Positions 39,865 through 50,748 of a stretch of DNA of 64,000 bases are shown in pieces. Numbering within the stretch: the first letter of the stretch is position 1; the number at the start of each line of letters is the position of its first letter. The DNA is from Amoebophrya sp. A120 (lineage: Eukaryota > Protista > Dinoflagellata), in the NCBI GenBank assembly GCA_905178155.1, contig CAJINV010000001.1:11231009-11295008 (forward strand). The letters run 5' to 3'. The translations under genes and the position numbers were made by a program. The notes beneath the pieces are model-generated. The model searched no databases and was not told where the DNA came from. It worked only from the letters and a program-made list of their open reading frames with translations.

Positions 39865-40832
39865 ATGTCGCTAGCCATTGGAGACGTTGCCCCGGATCTG
39901 AAGCTAACCGACACAGAGGGCAAGCCCTTTGACTTGGCTTCCGTCAAAGGGAAGAAGGTACTATCGAGGATCATGATGTTTCTCTTTCTCTAATCTCATA
40001 CTCCAACTCCAGCTGCACCTGGTAGCCCAAGTAGCCTGAAATGGTGAGAAGCCGAAGCTTTTGCAGCAGGTTGAGGTTGACGTTGACAGAACAAGATGAG
40101 GGCAAGCAAAAGAAATGAATGAAATATCCAATTGTAATCCCCCTCCAAGGTGTACCTGTGCTTCCTCCGATATGGTGCCTGTATGATGTGCGCGTTGCGC
40201 GTCGCCGAGGCGAAGAAACGCGCCAAGGCGTTGAAGGACCAGGGACTGGTGATGATGCTGGTGATGAACAGCACGGCCAAGGAAATCCAGCCCTACGGCG
40301 CGGGGAAGCTTGCGGACGCTGATCTGCAGATCCTGTGCGATCGGGAGGGGACCGTATCCAAGAAAAAACACTCATCCACATCCAATTTCTCATGCAAAAC
40401 ATACTGTGTAAGTACATAAAATTCCATATCTGTCATGCAAAAAATGGATGTGGATGGGTGTTTTTTCCTGGATAGACCGCGTATCAAGCCTACAAGACGA
40501 AGAAGAGCTGCATGGCCTCCCCGCTGGGGTGCGCCATGTGCATTCACACCTGCGGCGACTGCCGCATGCCCCAGGCCGCCTGCGGCTGCTGCAACTCCCT
40601 GGCGTTCGGGAAGGGGACCTGCGGGCCCTGCTGCGGTTTCATGAACTGCAGCACGCAGCACATGGATTCCTCTCGCGCGCAGCAGATGCCGGCAGACTTT
40701 CTCATCGACGAGAATGGAAAGCTGGTGGACGTCTTGTACGGCAGCAGTATCGGGAAACACATGCCGTGGTCCAAGATCGAGGCCTTCGCGTCGGGCAAGG
40801 ATCTCAACGCACCGCAGCAGCAACAAATGTGA
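39865..40832 (+). CDS. AhpC/TSA (peroxiredoxin-like, thioredoxin-fold) protein with CxxC and a Cys-rich insert
   Basis: MSLAIGDVAPDLKLTDTEGKPFDLASVKGKK|VYLCFLRYGACMMC...MPADFLIDENGKLV. GT-AG intron 39958-40149 plus element B2. Confidence 0.88.
40355..40474 (+). mobile_element. TIR introner B2 (120 bp)
   Basis: About 33-bp TIR tatccaagaaaaaacactcatccacatcca; TSD gaccg at 40350-40354 and 40475-40479. Removal gives CDREGT|AYQAYK. Confidence 0.95.
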
Positions 40833-42084
40833 CGAGGGGTAAAAGTTCTAGTTCAAGCAAAAAGTAGACAAGGCAAGTTACTATACGAGAGGAAGTGGGT
40901 GATTGATCTACACCACTTTTTCTTGCATGATATACATTTTGATCTTGTACGATTTGTCAAGCTCGACCACACCTACACTAAGGCGACGATCTAACGATCG
41001 TTTTCTACTTTACTGTGTTTCAAGACATAGACAAATGCTTACTAGAAGTTTGTAAAATCCGCATCGAGATACACCAACGTCGTGGTAAGTAAGTTGGATC
41101 CATTATGCTCCGGCTAATGAACTAGATCGCCGTTTGAGCATCCATTAATATGATGGCTGAGTTAATAACTGCCAAAGCAATAAGGATAACACATGCCACT
41201 GCAATTTTTTCAAGAAGGAAATAGCTCCATGATTATTTCTAGATTCACTCCGTGGCGCGTGGCAGTGTCTAACAAACATCCCACTTTGCCGGTGCTTCTA
41301 AGCAGACTTCCTTGCAGAAAATCGTTTTATGTCAAGGAAATGCTAATGCAGCAAGCGGTTCATAAAATAAGTACGAGTGTCTTCCTTGTGAGAGAATGTC
41401 ACCTACCCGCGCCCTCATCCTTAACGATCACCCATAGCTTCTAGAACATCCTGGCTTCTTAGATATAGTAGAACGGTACTAACGCTTTCGATCTAGTGGC
41501 CGATTTGGCAACTACAACCAGTTGCAGTTGATGCAATTGCAATCTACAAGGACGTCGGAAATACCACAGAAGGGACCTATTGCAGATGAGGCTCTGCCTC
41601 CTGTTGCAACAATTGATTTTCGCGATAAGTCAGTTGCATGAGGATGAGCCGCAACAGCGACGCGCGTTGCGTGCTCCTGGCCAAGTTCAGTGTACATGTA
41701 TTCCCATGTCGTTCTACTTTTTTGCTAGCTTGTGGGCTCGTGCTGAGGGGGAGAGAGAAGATGGGGAACTAAACGAGAATGGGAAGCGAGCAAAGACTGT
41801 GTGCTCGTGCTGGTCTCGTTGATACCACTCTTGGTATGGAGCAAACAAATCGAGTGACTGTGACACTACCACCGGCAGGATCGCGACTCATCTACTTACT
41901 TCAGAAAGGGTTCTTGATGGAGGTTGTGACAGCAAAGAGTCGGGAGCTGGTCGCTCGTTCTTGGCATATCGAGAGGGACGAGTCTTCTTGGCGGGTACTG
42001 AAAATTTCAAATTTTTACATTCTTTTCATTTCGCTCTCGAATGTTAGTTCGCTGAGAGTAGGTACATCGAAAGTGCAAGCGAAG

Positions 42085-44249
42085 ATGACGCGTTTTTCGC
42101 CGAACATGTCTCTGCGAAAACACGTCGCGGCACTCTTGGTCCACCTCCTTATGGTGCCATCATGTCACGCGACGGGCAAGCGGCCTAACAGAAACCACGA
42201 GCGGATCGAGGGGCTGCCTCCCGGACTAGTTTCCTCTGGTCCGATTGTGATCCGGCTTGATGGGCCGGATTCACCCTTCGGTCCCGGGGGGCAAGACCCG
42301 TTTGCGGCTTTTGTGCAGGACCTGCTGAGCACCCCTCCGAGGCCCAAGAAGGGCGGCAACCTGCGAGGGTCCAACAGTCTCCGCCGCGGCGGCGCCGGCG
42401 GCGGCCCGACACTGATGCTGCCGCTGCCGCTTTTTGGCGGCCTCCTAGCTGACGATGACTCGGACGAGGACAGCACCGACGGGGGCCCCTTTTCGCCGTT
42501 TTCCCTGCTAACCGGCGGCCTGCAGGGCTCGCCGCTCTTCGGCGGGGGCGGTTTTCTCGGACCGCGCAGGGGCCGCGGCGGGATGGGCCTTGTCTCCGAA
42601 GAAACGGAAATCACGATGACGCCGCAGGGCATGCGGAAAAAGACCATCCGCACGGACGACGACGGCACGGTCACCGTGACAACGGTGCATCCCGACGGAA
42701 CGAAGGAAGTGCAGGTGACAAAAAATCCACGCAAGCAGAAGCAAAATCAAGCAGGGGGTGCGAAACAAGAGGACAGCAGTAAAGAGCAGCATCTTCTTGC
42801 GGGTTCGCAGCCCTCGTCGGCCCCTGCGAAGATGAACAAGGACGATAGTGCTAGTAGCAGCAGCACAACGGCAGCGCCAAAGGTTGGTGTCGAGTTGCAG
42901 CACTTCGTGGATCATTTCCCGATGCACCCCAGCTTTTTCCAGCCTGACGAGGTGTCCAAGGTGGAGACCAGCGGCATGGACTTGAGTCTCGGCCCAAACT
43001 CGGCCGGCGACTCGAGCGGCGACGAGCTCTTCGGCGACCTCATGCTCAAAACCATGCTGGAAAGCTTGGGACAGGCTATGCCGGCGGCGTTGCTGCGGCA
43101 AATGGGTGAAGCGCACCAGCAGGAGCAGCAGGCGAAGGAACGCGAAAACAAGAAAGCCGATCGTGATCCAGCACCGACTTCTAGTAGTACTAGTGAGAAC
43201 CAGGACCCGGCATCTTCACCGCAGCAAGTAGGGGGAGAACACGATCCCTGCGCGAATGATCTCAAGAAGTTTTCCTGTGCGAATACCGCCCACCGGTTGC
43301 ACTGTCTCGGCAAGCACGAAATGCTGTTAAAAAAGGAGTGCCGCGATTCGATTGCGAAAGCCGTCCCGTTTGTGTGCCACTCCCAGATCGATCAGTACAA
43401 GTGCCCGGCGGATTATCCAACAAGAAAAAGACTGTCCCAGTCTACTCAAACCTTTGCAGTACATCCAACCAGCAACGCTATGAATTCGTTCAGCGTGGTG
43501 ACACACAAAACCTGTGATGCGTCAGACACAAGAGAAAACACATACGAAGCGCGCTCTATTTCTTTCATGAGAAAAATGTGGAGCTGCATGGCATCGAGAT
43601 ATGGAGATACACCCGAAGCAAGGAATGCCCCCATTTTGCAGTTGCGACTGAAAGACTGTTGCCTTGTGATACGAATGGCAGCGTGTTGGACTGCCTGAGC
43701 ATGCACGAGAGCGTACGCATGGAAAAAGTATCGTGCTAGGAAGTAGTATAGCTCGTGTCCGTGGTGTGACAAGTTGGATTCTGTCATGCACACGCCAATT
43801 TAGCTCATGATTATGCATGGTCGCGATTACTACGAGCGCGATACTTTTGCAGCGCATAGAGAGACCTCGCGGGCAACTGTCGGGACTCCGTCGACATGAC
43901 GCTCCATCTTACCAGGGCCGTCCAGGCGGCAAAGAAGGTCTTTCTCGCGCACGCCACCGACCACAGCCAAATCGCCGCCGGGAACACGGACGATTTGTTT
44001 TCGGTCGTGAAAAATTCCTTCGCTTCCGACCCTACTTCGCGCTGGCACTCCATCTTCGTGCTGCTCATGTACGTCCTGCTCGGCGCTGCCTTCGGTCTGC
44101 TGCTCTGCTACCTGCGCGGCAAGGTACAGGTTGCCGGCGGCCACAGAAAAGTGAAAGCGAGCACGGGGGCGGAAAAAATGATGGAGCTCCAACTGAAGCA
44201 GAACCACACTCCGTACGACTCGTGCGACATAGAAGAGAAGATGGCCTGA
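42085..44249 (+). CDS. Type I membrane protein: signal peptide, Gly/Ser-rich region, two GLG1-like Cys-rich repeats, TM helix and short tail
   Basis: Repeats CANDLKKFSC...LHCLGKHEMLLKKECRDSI and CHSQIDQYKC...LDCLSMHESDLAGNCRDSV; the second appears only after removing elements F and G. TM segment IFVLLMYVLLGAAFGLLLCYL. Confidence 0.8.
43414..43671 (+). mobile_element. Diverged TIR introner F (258 bp)
   Basis: tatc...gata ends with a degenerate TIR; imperfect TSD cggat (43409-43413) / cgaat (43672-43676). Removal gives KCPAD|GSVLDC in frame. Confidence 0.75.
43714..43858 (+). mobile_element. Diverged TIR introner G (145 bp)
   Basis: Left tacgcatggaaaaagtatcgtgct versus reverse-complemented right tatgcgctgcaaaagtatcgcgct; imperfect TSD gagcg / gagag (43709-43713, 43859-43863). 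Removal restores the Cys repeat. Confidence 0.8.
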
Positions 44250-45362
44250 ACAAAGTAGAGCGGAGCTGTCTCTTCTGCCAATGTTTGCTGACTGACCTAA
44301 CATAAGAAGCAAGATCAATCAGAAACGACGTACACGACGATCGCAAATTATTAGACGAGGCTCACCGCTGCTGGATTTGTATAGTCTTTACGTAAAAAAG
44401 TACTTCGCTAAAAGAAAGGCCTTCAATCCTTGATTGTGAGTCTACGCGATGGATTGTAACTTTGCAGTTGCGTTTTTCTTTAATCGGAGACCGAGATAAT
44501 TTGTTTGAAGCTAGAAACCAGAAGAAAGTAGATCAAGATCTCTTGACCAAAATTAAAGTAGTACTGGAAGGAGCGCGTCGCGATTCGGAAGTTTGGTTTC
44601 GTAGAAAAAAACAAGAAACACCAGACAATGAGGCAGGCGACCCCGCCAGCGAGCGCGTGAACCTGAACGCGTCAGAACGACAGAAGAGTGATGAAGAAGA
44701 AGAAAAATTCATTGTAATGCACTTAAACTTACACTGACTTAGCCAAGCGGCGGCGCTCAGATTCAGCTTCAGGTGGGGTCAGTGATTCGCTCGACGATGA
44801 TGCATCTTGATCTCTGCTTAGACCCTCTTGCTCGTGATTGTGTTTGTGAAGAAGGTAAAATGACCCCTGTAAATGCACAGAACTACATGACTCACTCATG
44901 CCTCGGTCAACTTTTCGTGAAAGAAGAACAAGAAAATCATCGATCATGTCGCAGCAGGCCTCGAAGTCAGATCGAAATCAATTGCAGTGCTGTATTTACT
45001 TACAACTCTGCATGCTCTATGGATCATATTCGCTCCGATCATATACTAGAAGGCCATAGCTGCAGCTTCTAACCTCAAGGTCAATTCTACTTCGAGTTCG
45101 ATATCGCAGCAACAGGAGGCTTTCCATTTGAATTTGAAGCGAAGAAGTAGTTTTGTTTTGAGACCTTATTTTGAAAATTAAGGACCCTAAAGCTAAACCC
45201 TTGAAAAATTAGCCCTGTTTTGTACATCAATAGAGACCAGCTTGCACGATTTTCACTATTCATTCAGTCGTTGTTGCGGTTTCCACCCGCTCTGTAAAAT
45301 TAAAACCAAAACGTACACATACATTAGCATAACACAACGGAAAACTAAAAGAAAAAGATTCG

Positions 45363-48293
45363 ATGGCAATGATGAAGTATCAGACGAGAAGCGATGCGCT
45401 CGGGCTAGCGGCTCGAAGTGCAGCCTGCATAGTTGCAGTCGTTTTGCTTCCATTGTTTTCTTCGCCTGCCACAATGGCTATGAACATAATTCCAGCGCAC
45501 GATACAGCGGCTGGCCGCCGCCCTGATGAGGCTCCTGAAACGACACCCGTCGACTCTCAGCATCCCCCGCGCGATCTTTTGGTGCTTGCGCCGGATGGCA
45601 ACCTCGGTGACTGGCGGCCCCCACTGCAACTTGCCCTGGCGCTCGCGGCGAAAACGTTCCCGCGCACGTTAGTCGCTGTGTTTCCTGATGAAAACCTGGC
45701 ATTGCGGGAGGACGCTGCGGCCTGGGGCCGCTACATCGCAGAGGTTGACGTCACCCTTCCACGCATGTTGATGTCCGCACGACGAGGAGCTGCGATGAAG
45801 ACGTCAGGAGCTGCTGCGACCTCTTCACGGTCGTCGACGTCCCCAACCAGGGTTGTCGGCGGGCCGAAACTACCGGCAGTGGAGAGAAAAAAACTTTTTC
45901 CGCCGATGCGGGAGGCAACGACCATCAGCCAAGGGACATTGGGAGAAATTGTGCTCGACGTCGAGATTGAGAAGGACGACGAAAACCACGATGGTCGAGG
46001 CAGCGAGATGGACAGCGGCGGGCGAACCAGTGCAGCAGTTGATGCTACTAGCGCAGACCAAATAGGAAAAGCGCCGACGGCGGCGCCCACTATCGCAGAC
46101 TGGGAGGAAAAGCTTTTCCTCGAGCGTGCCCCACGGGCGCGTGGTCGCTTCTGTTTGGAAGAAAGGAAGTACTACGCGGAGCGCGAGCAGCTAGTCGTGT
46201 GGTCCATCGATGGCGTGCCAGCCGTCGTGCTCTGTGACTTGACAAATATCCAGGAAGAGCTGAGAGCCCGGAAGCAAGATGCGGAGATTCCGGCGAGTTT
46301 GCAGAACCGCCCAAGCCATGCCCGGGAGCGTTACGACCTGGACGCTTTGCCGAAATGGTTTGATATGCAGATGCAGATGGTCCTCTCGAAAAGCGTAAGC
46401 AGCGCAGGAAGTGCCATTGGCTTGTTGTCACCGAGACGCCAGGAAGAAAAAACGAAACGTGACTTAACGGCACCTCCGCAAAACCTACCTCCGTTCTATT
46501 GGATGCATCTGCGCTCCTCTGCTGGGGGTGTTGTCGACCGCGCAAGAAGCTGGTCCCACCAGTTCCAGACCCCCGTGGCGGTTCCAGCGCTCGGCCAGCA
46601 GACAGGGTATTCCTTGCAGCCTTGTTTCGCCAGTGGAGCCGGCTTGGTATTCCCAACACACTACCAGTATGGTTTGCAGGCCTCGTTTCAGCTCGGCGAC
46701 GAGCCCGGTCACGACAAGAGGAATCCCATGATTTCCGAAAGCCACAGTTCCAGTACCAAGCTGCAGAGCGCTATGCAGCCGCCCTTGGGAACAAGCGGGG
46801 AACACTTCTTAGCTGCTCCGCAGGAGAGTTCATCCAACACGATCCCGATGCTTCCACCCGTGGGGCCTCTGAAGCTCGGATTATCCGCGTTGCCGGAGTT
46901 GCAGAGCGTGCTCAGCGCAGACTCGTGGACTTCCTTCGCAGCTTGGCGGGGACGAGCCTTGGCAGAGAGCAACAGAGCAGCGCCTCGCATCTGCGTCGCA
47001 GTGTCGGAACTCCACAAGTTCGGAGACGAAACGAGAAAGGAAAAAACGTTCCCAGAGCCGGGCGTGTTGTACGAAATGCTTACATATATGGACGACATCG
47101 ATTACGGCCAACCCGCCGAGGTCGACGGGGATCAAACAAAACAAGGGCAAGAACTGCTGCAACGGGGGCAGAGCAGCAAAAAAGATCCGCCGTCCCGCCC
47201 GCCAATTGCCGACAAAGACACTTTCGTCATTGTCATAGTCAACAACAAGTTTCCGTTCGACGAGGAGTGGCTGGCCGCGTTGGAGTCTCCGGACCAGCCG
47301 AACGCTGTGGTCCTTCGCCCGAAGGATGAGCACACGAGTATCCCGTTTCTGCGGGTGTGGCTCGAAGCGAGGGTGAATCTTCTGTTCACCTCCACCGGCC
47401 AATCTATCCTATCAGATGCCCTGCTTGCTTCGGGGTTGAACGCAAAAGACAACTGAGGGCCGATGCTCGTGCTCCCTGGCTATTCGGTGTTCCGGGGCGT
47501 GGGGGCGGACGTGGAAGAAAATCAGAATTTACTGCGGGATCAATTCCTCGGACAGGAGTCTGTATCTGTGACAGCTGGTGGCGAAAATCAAAGTGCCAAC
47601 CTTCAGCTTCTCTTTAAGCTGCTGCTGCAAACCCGGCGAGGGATATTCGACTGCGAGCTGGGCACTGTTCCAGCGGAAAGCGTACTCGAGCTAGCAAAAG
47701 GCTGCCTGGCTAAGCTTCCCGTCTTAGTGCGAATTTTGCACCAGCTTCGGGAGGGAGGGCGGCAAGATTCTGCCCTCATGCGGGCGGTGGCCTCGAGAGA
47801 TAACGCGTTACTGTCCTTCGTGGCCTCCGTCGATGATCCGCAGAACCAAGAAGACGGACCGAAAGACGAACTGAATAGCTTTGGTCTGATTTACGATTCT
47901 GAGGAGAAAAAAAACCGCGAAATGGCCACCAGCTACTGGGGCCCGATCGACGAACAAGTGCTCCGCACTCTTCCTGCTATAAAAATGGAAGAAAATCACC
48001 AGCGCTGGAGGTATTTCTGGCGGAAATTACCCAACGCGCTGAAGCTCAATTGGTTCCCCGCCGGCAGTCTGCTCTTTGAGGCTTTCAAGCGTATTGAGGC
48101 GCGCCTAGTGTGGGCTTTGTGGAGAGGAGTGAGGGCTTCTGACTCCCTGTGGGAGCGAAAATCCAAGGAAGTGGCTGACTTAATCGGAGATCTACAGGAG
48201 CAGGACGCTTCCCGTGGCGTAAAAACCGCCGTTAATTATATGGAGTCCTGGTTCCGCGACCTGAGACGTATGGATCATGAGGCGCAGCAGTAG
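45363..48293 (+). CDS. GT-B fold glycosyltransferase (GT1/GT28, UGT-like) with an in-frame TGA at 47454-47456
   Basis: N-terminal LVLAPDGNLGDWRPPLQLALALAAK and C-terminal LLFTSTGQSILSDALLASG...PMLVLPG...DVEENQ resemble UGT motifs. ORFs 45363 and 47463 are in the same frame, separated only by TGA. Confidence 0.65.
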
Positions 48294-49814
48294 GCGGCCT
48301 GATCCTGAACGGTGCTTCTTTGCGGTGCTGGAGCGAGCAAGCAGAGGACTAGCGGCGCTGCCGCGAGCAAAAAGCGGCTGCATCTTTAGCTTAGCTTACT
48401 GGTTTGTTTTGGCAGAGTAAAAGTGTAGAATAGTTTTCGTCGACGTCGTAAAAACAAAAAGTTGAAGACAAGGACAAGTAAATCAGTTTTATTTTGAAAC
48501 GCACATCCACGATTTAATCGAAATTCCCAGACAGGAACTGCTTTACTGAGAAGCAGGATAATGCGTTAACCAATAAGCGATAGCCGATCTGTATCTGTTT
48601 TGAAAAATGTATAATGACAACGAACTAGATCTAGAGGTAGCTGTTCTGAAGTTTAGAGTTGGACGAGCGTCGAATGCTGATGAAGATGATAGTAGAAGAC
48701 AAATTTATAGTGCAGCATCGTCATGCGAAGTAAAAGACTAAGCCTACATTTTATTCTTGTAAGATGAGATACATAGTGCCAATTCTATTCCTCGTTTCTT
48801 GGTTGTCTGGACGCCCCCGACAAATCCAAGATTCGTTGATTTTGTTACAATTCGCCATCAGCATTAGTGCCTTATGACCCAAACATGCCGCTTGCTAAAA
48901 CTATTTCCGGGACGACTACAGGACTCGAGCGAAGACGTTGCTGCTTTTGTCTGGTTGGCGTCTGGAAGTAGATTGTTTTGGAAGAAGAGACAAAAGAGCG
49001 GAAAAATTGGTGCGCAGCACGACTTAGCTTTAGCTTTATTAGGTTCCAAGTTTTCCAAATGCTTAGTCCCCCGACCGGTGGGCTGTTTTCGCCATCGATT
49101 GTGGTGGAAAAGGTAGAAGAAAGTTGATGCCTTGTAAAAAGCCGAGCGCGAGCCAAATGTCTGTGCTCATTGTTAACTGCAGCTCTCGAGGATCATTCGA
49201 CTACGAAGCTCAGTACTCTGCTCAAGAAATGACGGCTCCGACTTAATGGCGCGGCTTCGCTGGCGTCCCGCGGACGACCAGCAACTGCGGTACCCTAGCG
49301 TTTGTCCATCCGCTCGGTCCCACTTGTTCGATAAGCTCGTCCGGTTTTGTTGTCTCTCTTGATTAAACAGTCCAAAAAACTGTTGCTCATGTTCAACAAC
49401 ATGATAATATTTTTCAATGATTATAGATTCGCGATTCGGTTTACTCAACAAGAAAAGGAATAGCGAGACGCTGGGACGCGTGATTGAGATTGTTTTTGTT
49501 GTGTTGTGATGTTGGGTCGTGCCGGTTACTTTTATAGTTTTTGATTTCGTCCTCTAGGTCTAGTTGATGCGAACCAGCACGACTTCTTGGATTTTTTCGC
49601 ACACGAATCAGGATGAGCAACGGTTTCTTTGCACAGCTGCATACTTAGAAAGCCGCCGTCGTCATCGTCGCGTTTCCTTTGATTTTGGAGTCGTGCTCTG
49701 CCTTTGCACCATCGCGGCCATCAAAGATAGAAAGCCCGACCCGCTCGAAGACCAAGCGGCGACATTGTAGCTGTCGTCACCACGTAAGCCTCTCCGTAAG
49801 TAGTAGTTGCTGCG

Positions 49815-50748
49815 ATGTTTGGTCGCAGCCTTCCCTGCCGCGCGACGGGCGCCGTGGGCCGCATGCGGGTGCCCTTCCGGAACGTGCGTCAGCGGCGGCG
49901 GACGCGCGGACGGATTATCCAGCTGAAACAGACGCACTACGAACCAAAGCCCGACTGTTCCGAAAAGTTACCGGTCTCGATTCTTGGCACTTCCGTAGTG
50001 AAGCGGCTTGTGCAGAGCCCGCGGCAGGAAGCGGAGGAGCTGCTGCAACAAATTGACTGGGACAAGTACAAGACGGGCGTGCCCGGGGTGCGATGGCACG
50101 CGGCGGGCGGATTCGTCGTTCGCTTCGCCAAGTATCGCCCGGATAAGAACTTCAACGTAAGTAGGTTTGTTGTGCCTAAAGAAGTGGCTTTGTTGACGCA
50201 CGTTGTTGCACTCGTACAGGTGGCGCTTGTATGATCTCATCTTCATCGTTTGTAGTTCACACACGACTCACACTGTACTCGTCGCTGGAGTGAGTTCATC
50301 TTGACAAACTAGGGTCGTCGTGCAAGAATGTCGACTGACGTCCTCCTATCGTGCGCGAGAATAATCATGGTCTGAAGCCTAATGTGAAACACAAGAAAAG
50401 CCAAACAATATCAATACTCCACCTCAGTGTGTCTGCACCTGCCTGTTTCGTGTCGGGCTGTACGGCTTCGAAGAGGCTAAACGGCGCGCCATAGCATACC
50501 GCAAACGGCTGGAGCAAGAGTGGAACGAACAGCAGAAAATATGGCGCATTCTGGACACGAAGGAGGAAATTCGGAAGTTTCAAGCAGCCAAACAAAAGTT
50601 GGAAGCTACGACGAAGAATGCAAGGGAAGAACATGTTGTGACGCATGATATTTCTCGCGGTCCTCCGCCTGGACGACGCGGCGACGAAAGAATATCACCG
50701 CAAGAACGACCTCATCAGCCCCTCAAAAGAATGAGCGCTGAGCTGTAG
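49815..50748 (+). CDS. AP2-domain (ApiAP2-type) protein, probably mitochondrion-targeted, 2 exons (intron 50157-50427)
   Basis: Arg-rich, acid-free N-terminus. Spliced AP2 signature TGVPGVRWHAAGGFVVRF...CLFRVGLYGFEEAKRRAIAYRKRLEQEW. Confidence 0.8.

Noticed and set aside
44462-45072. Short charged ORFs between the Cys-repeat gene and the glycosyltransferase
   Set aside because: No convincing start or splice structure and no recognisable motif.
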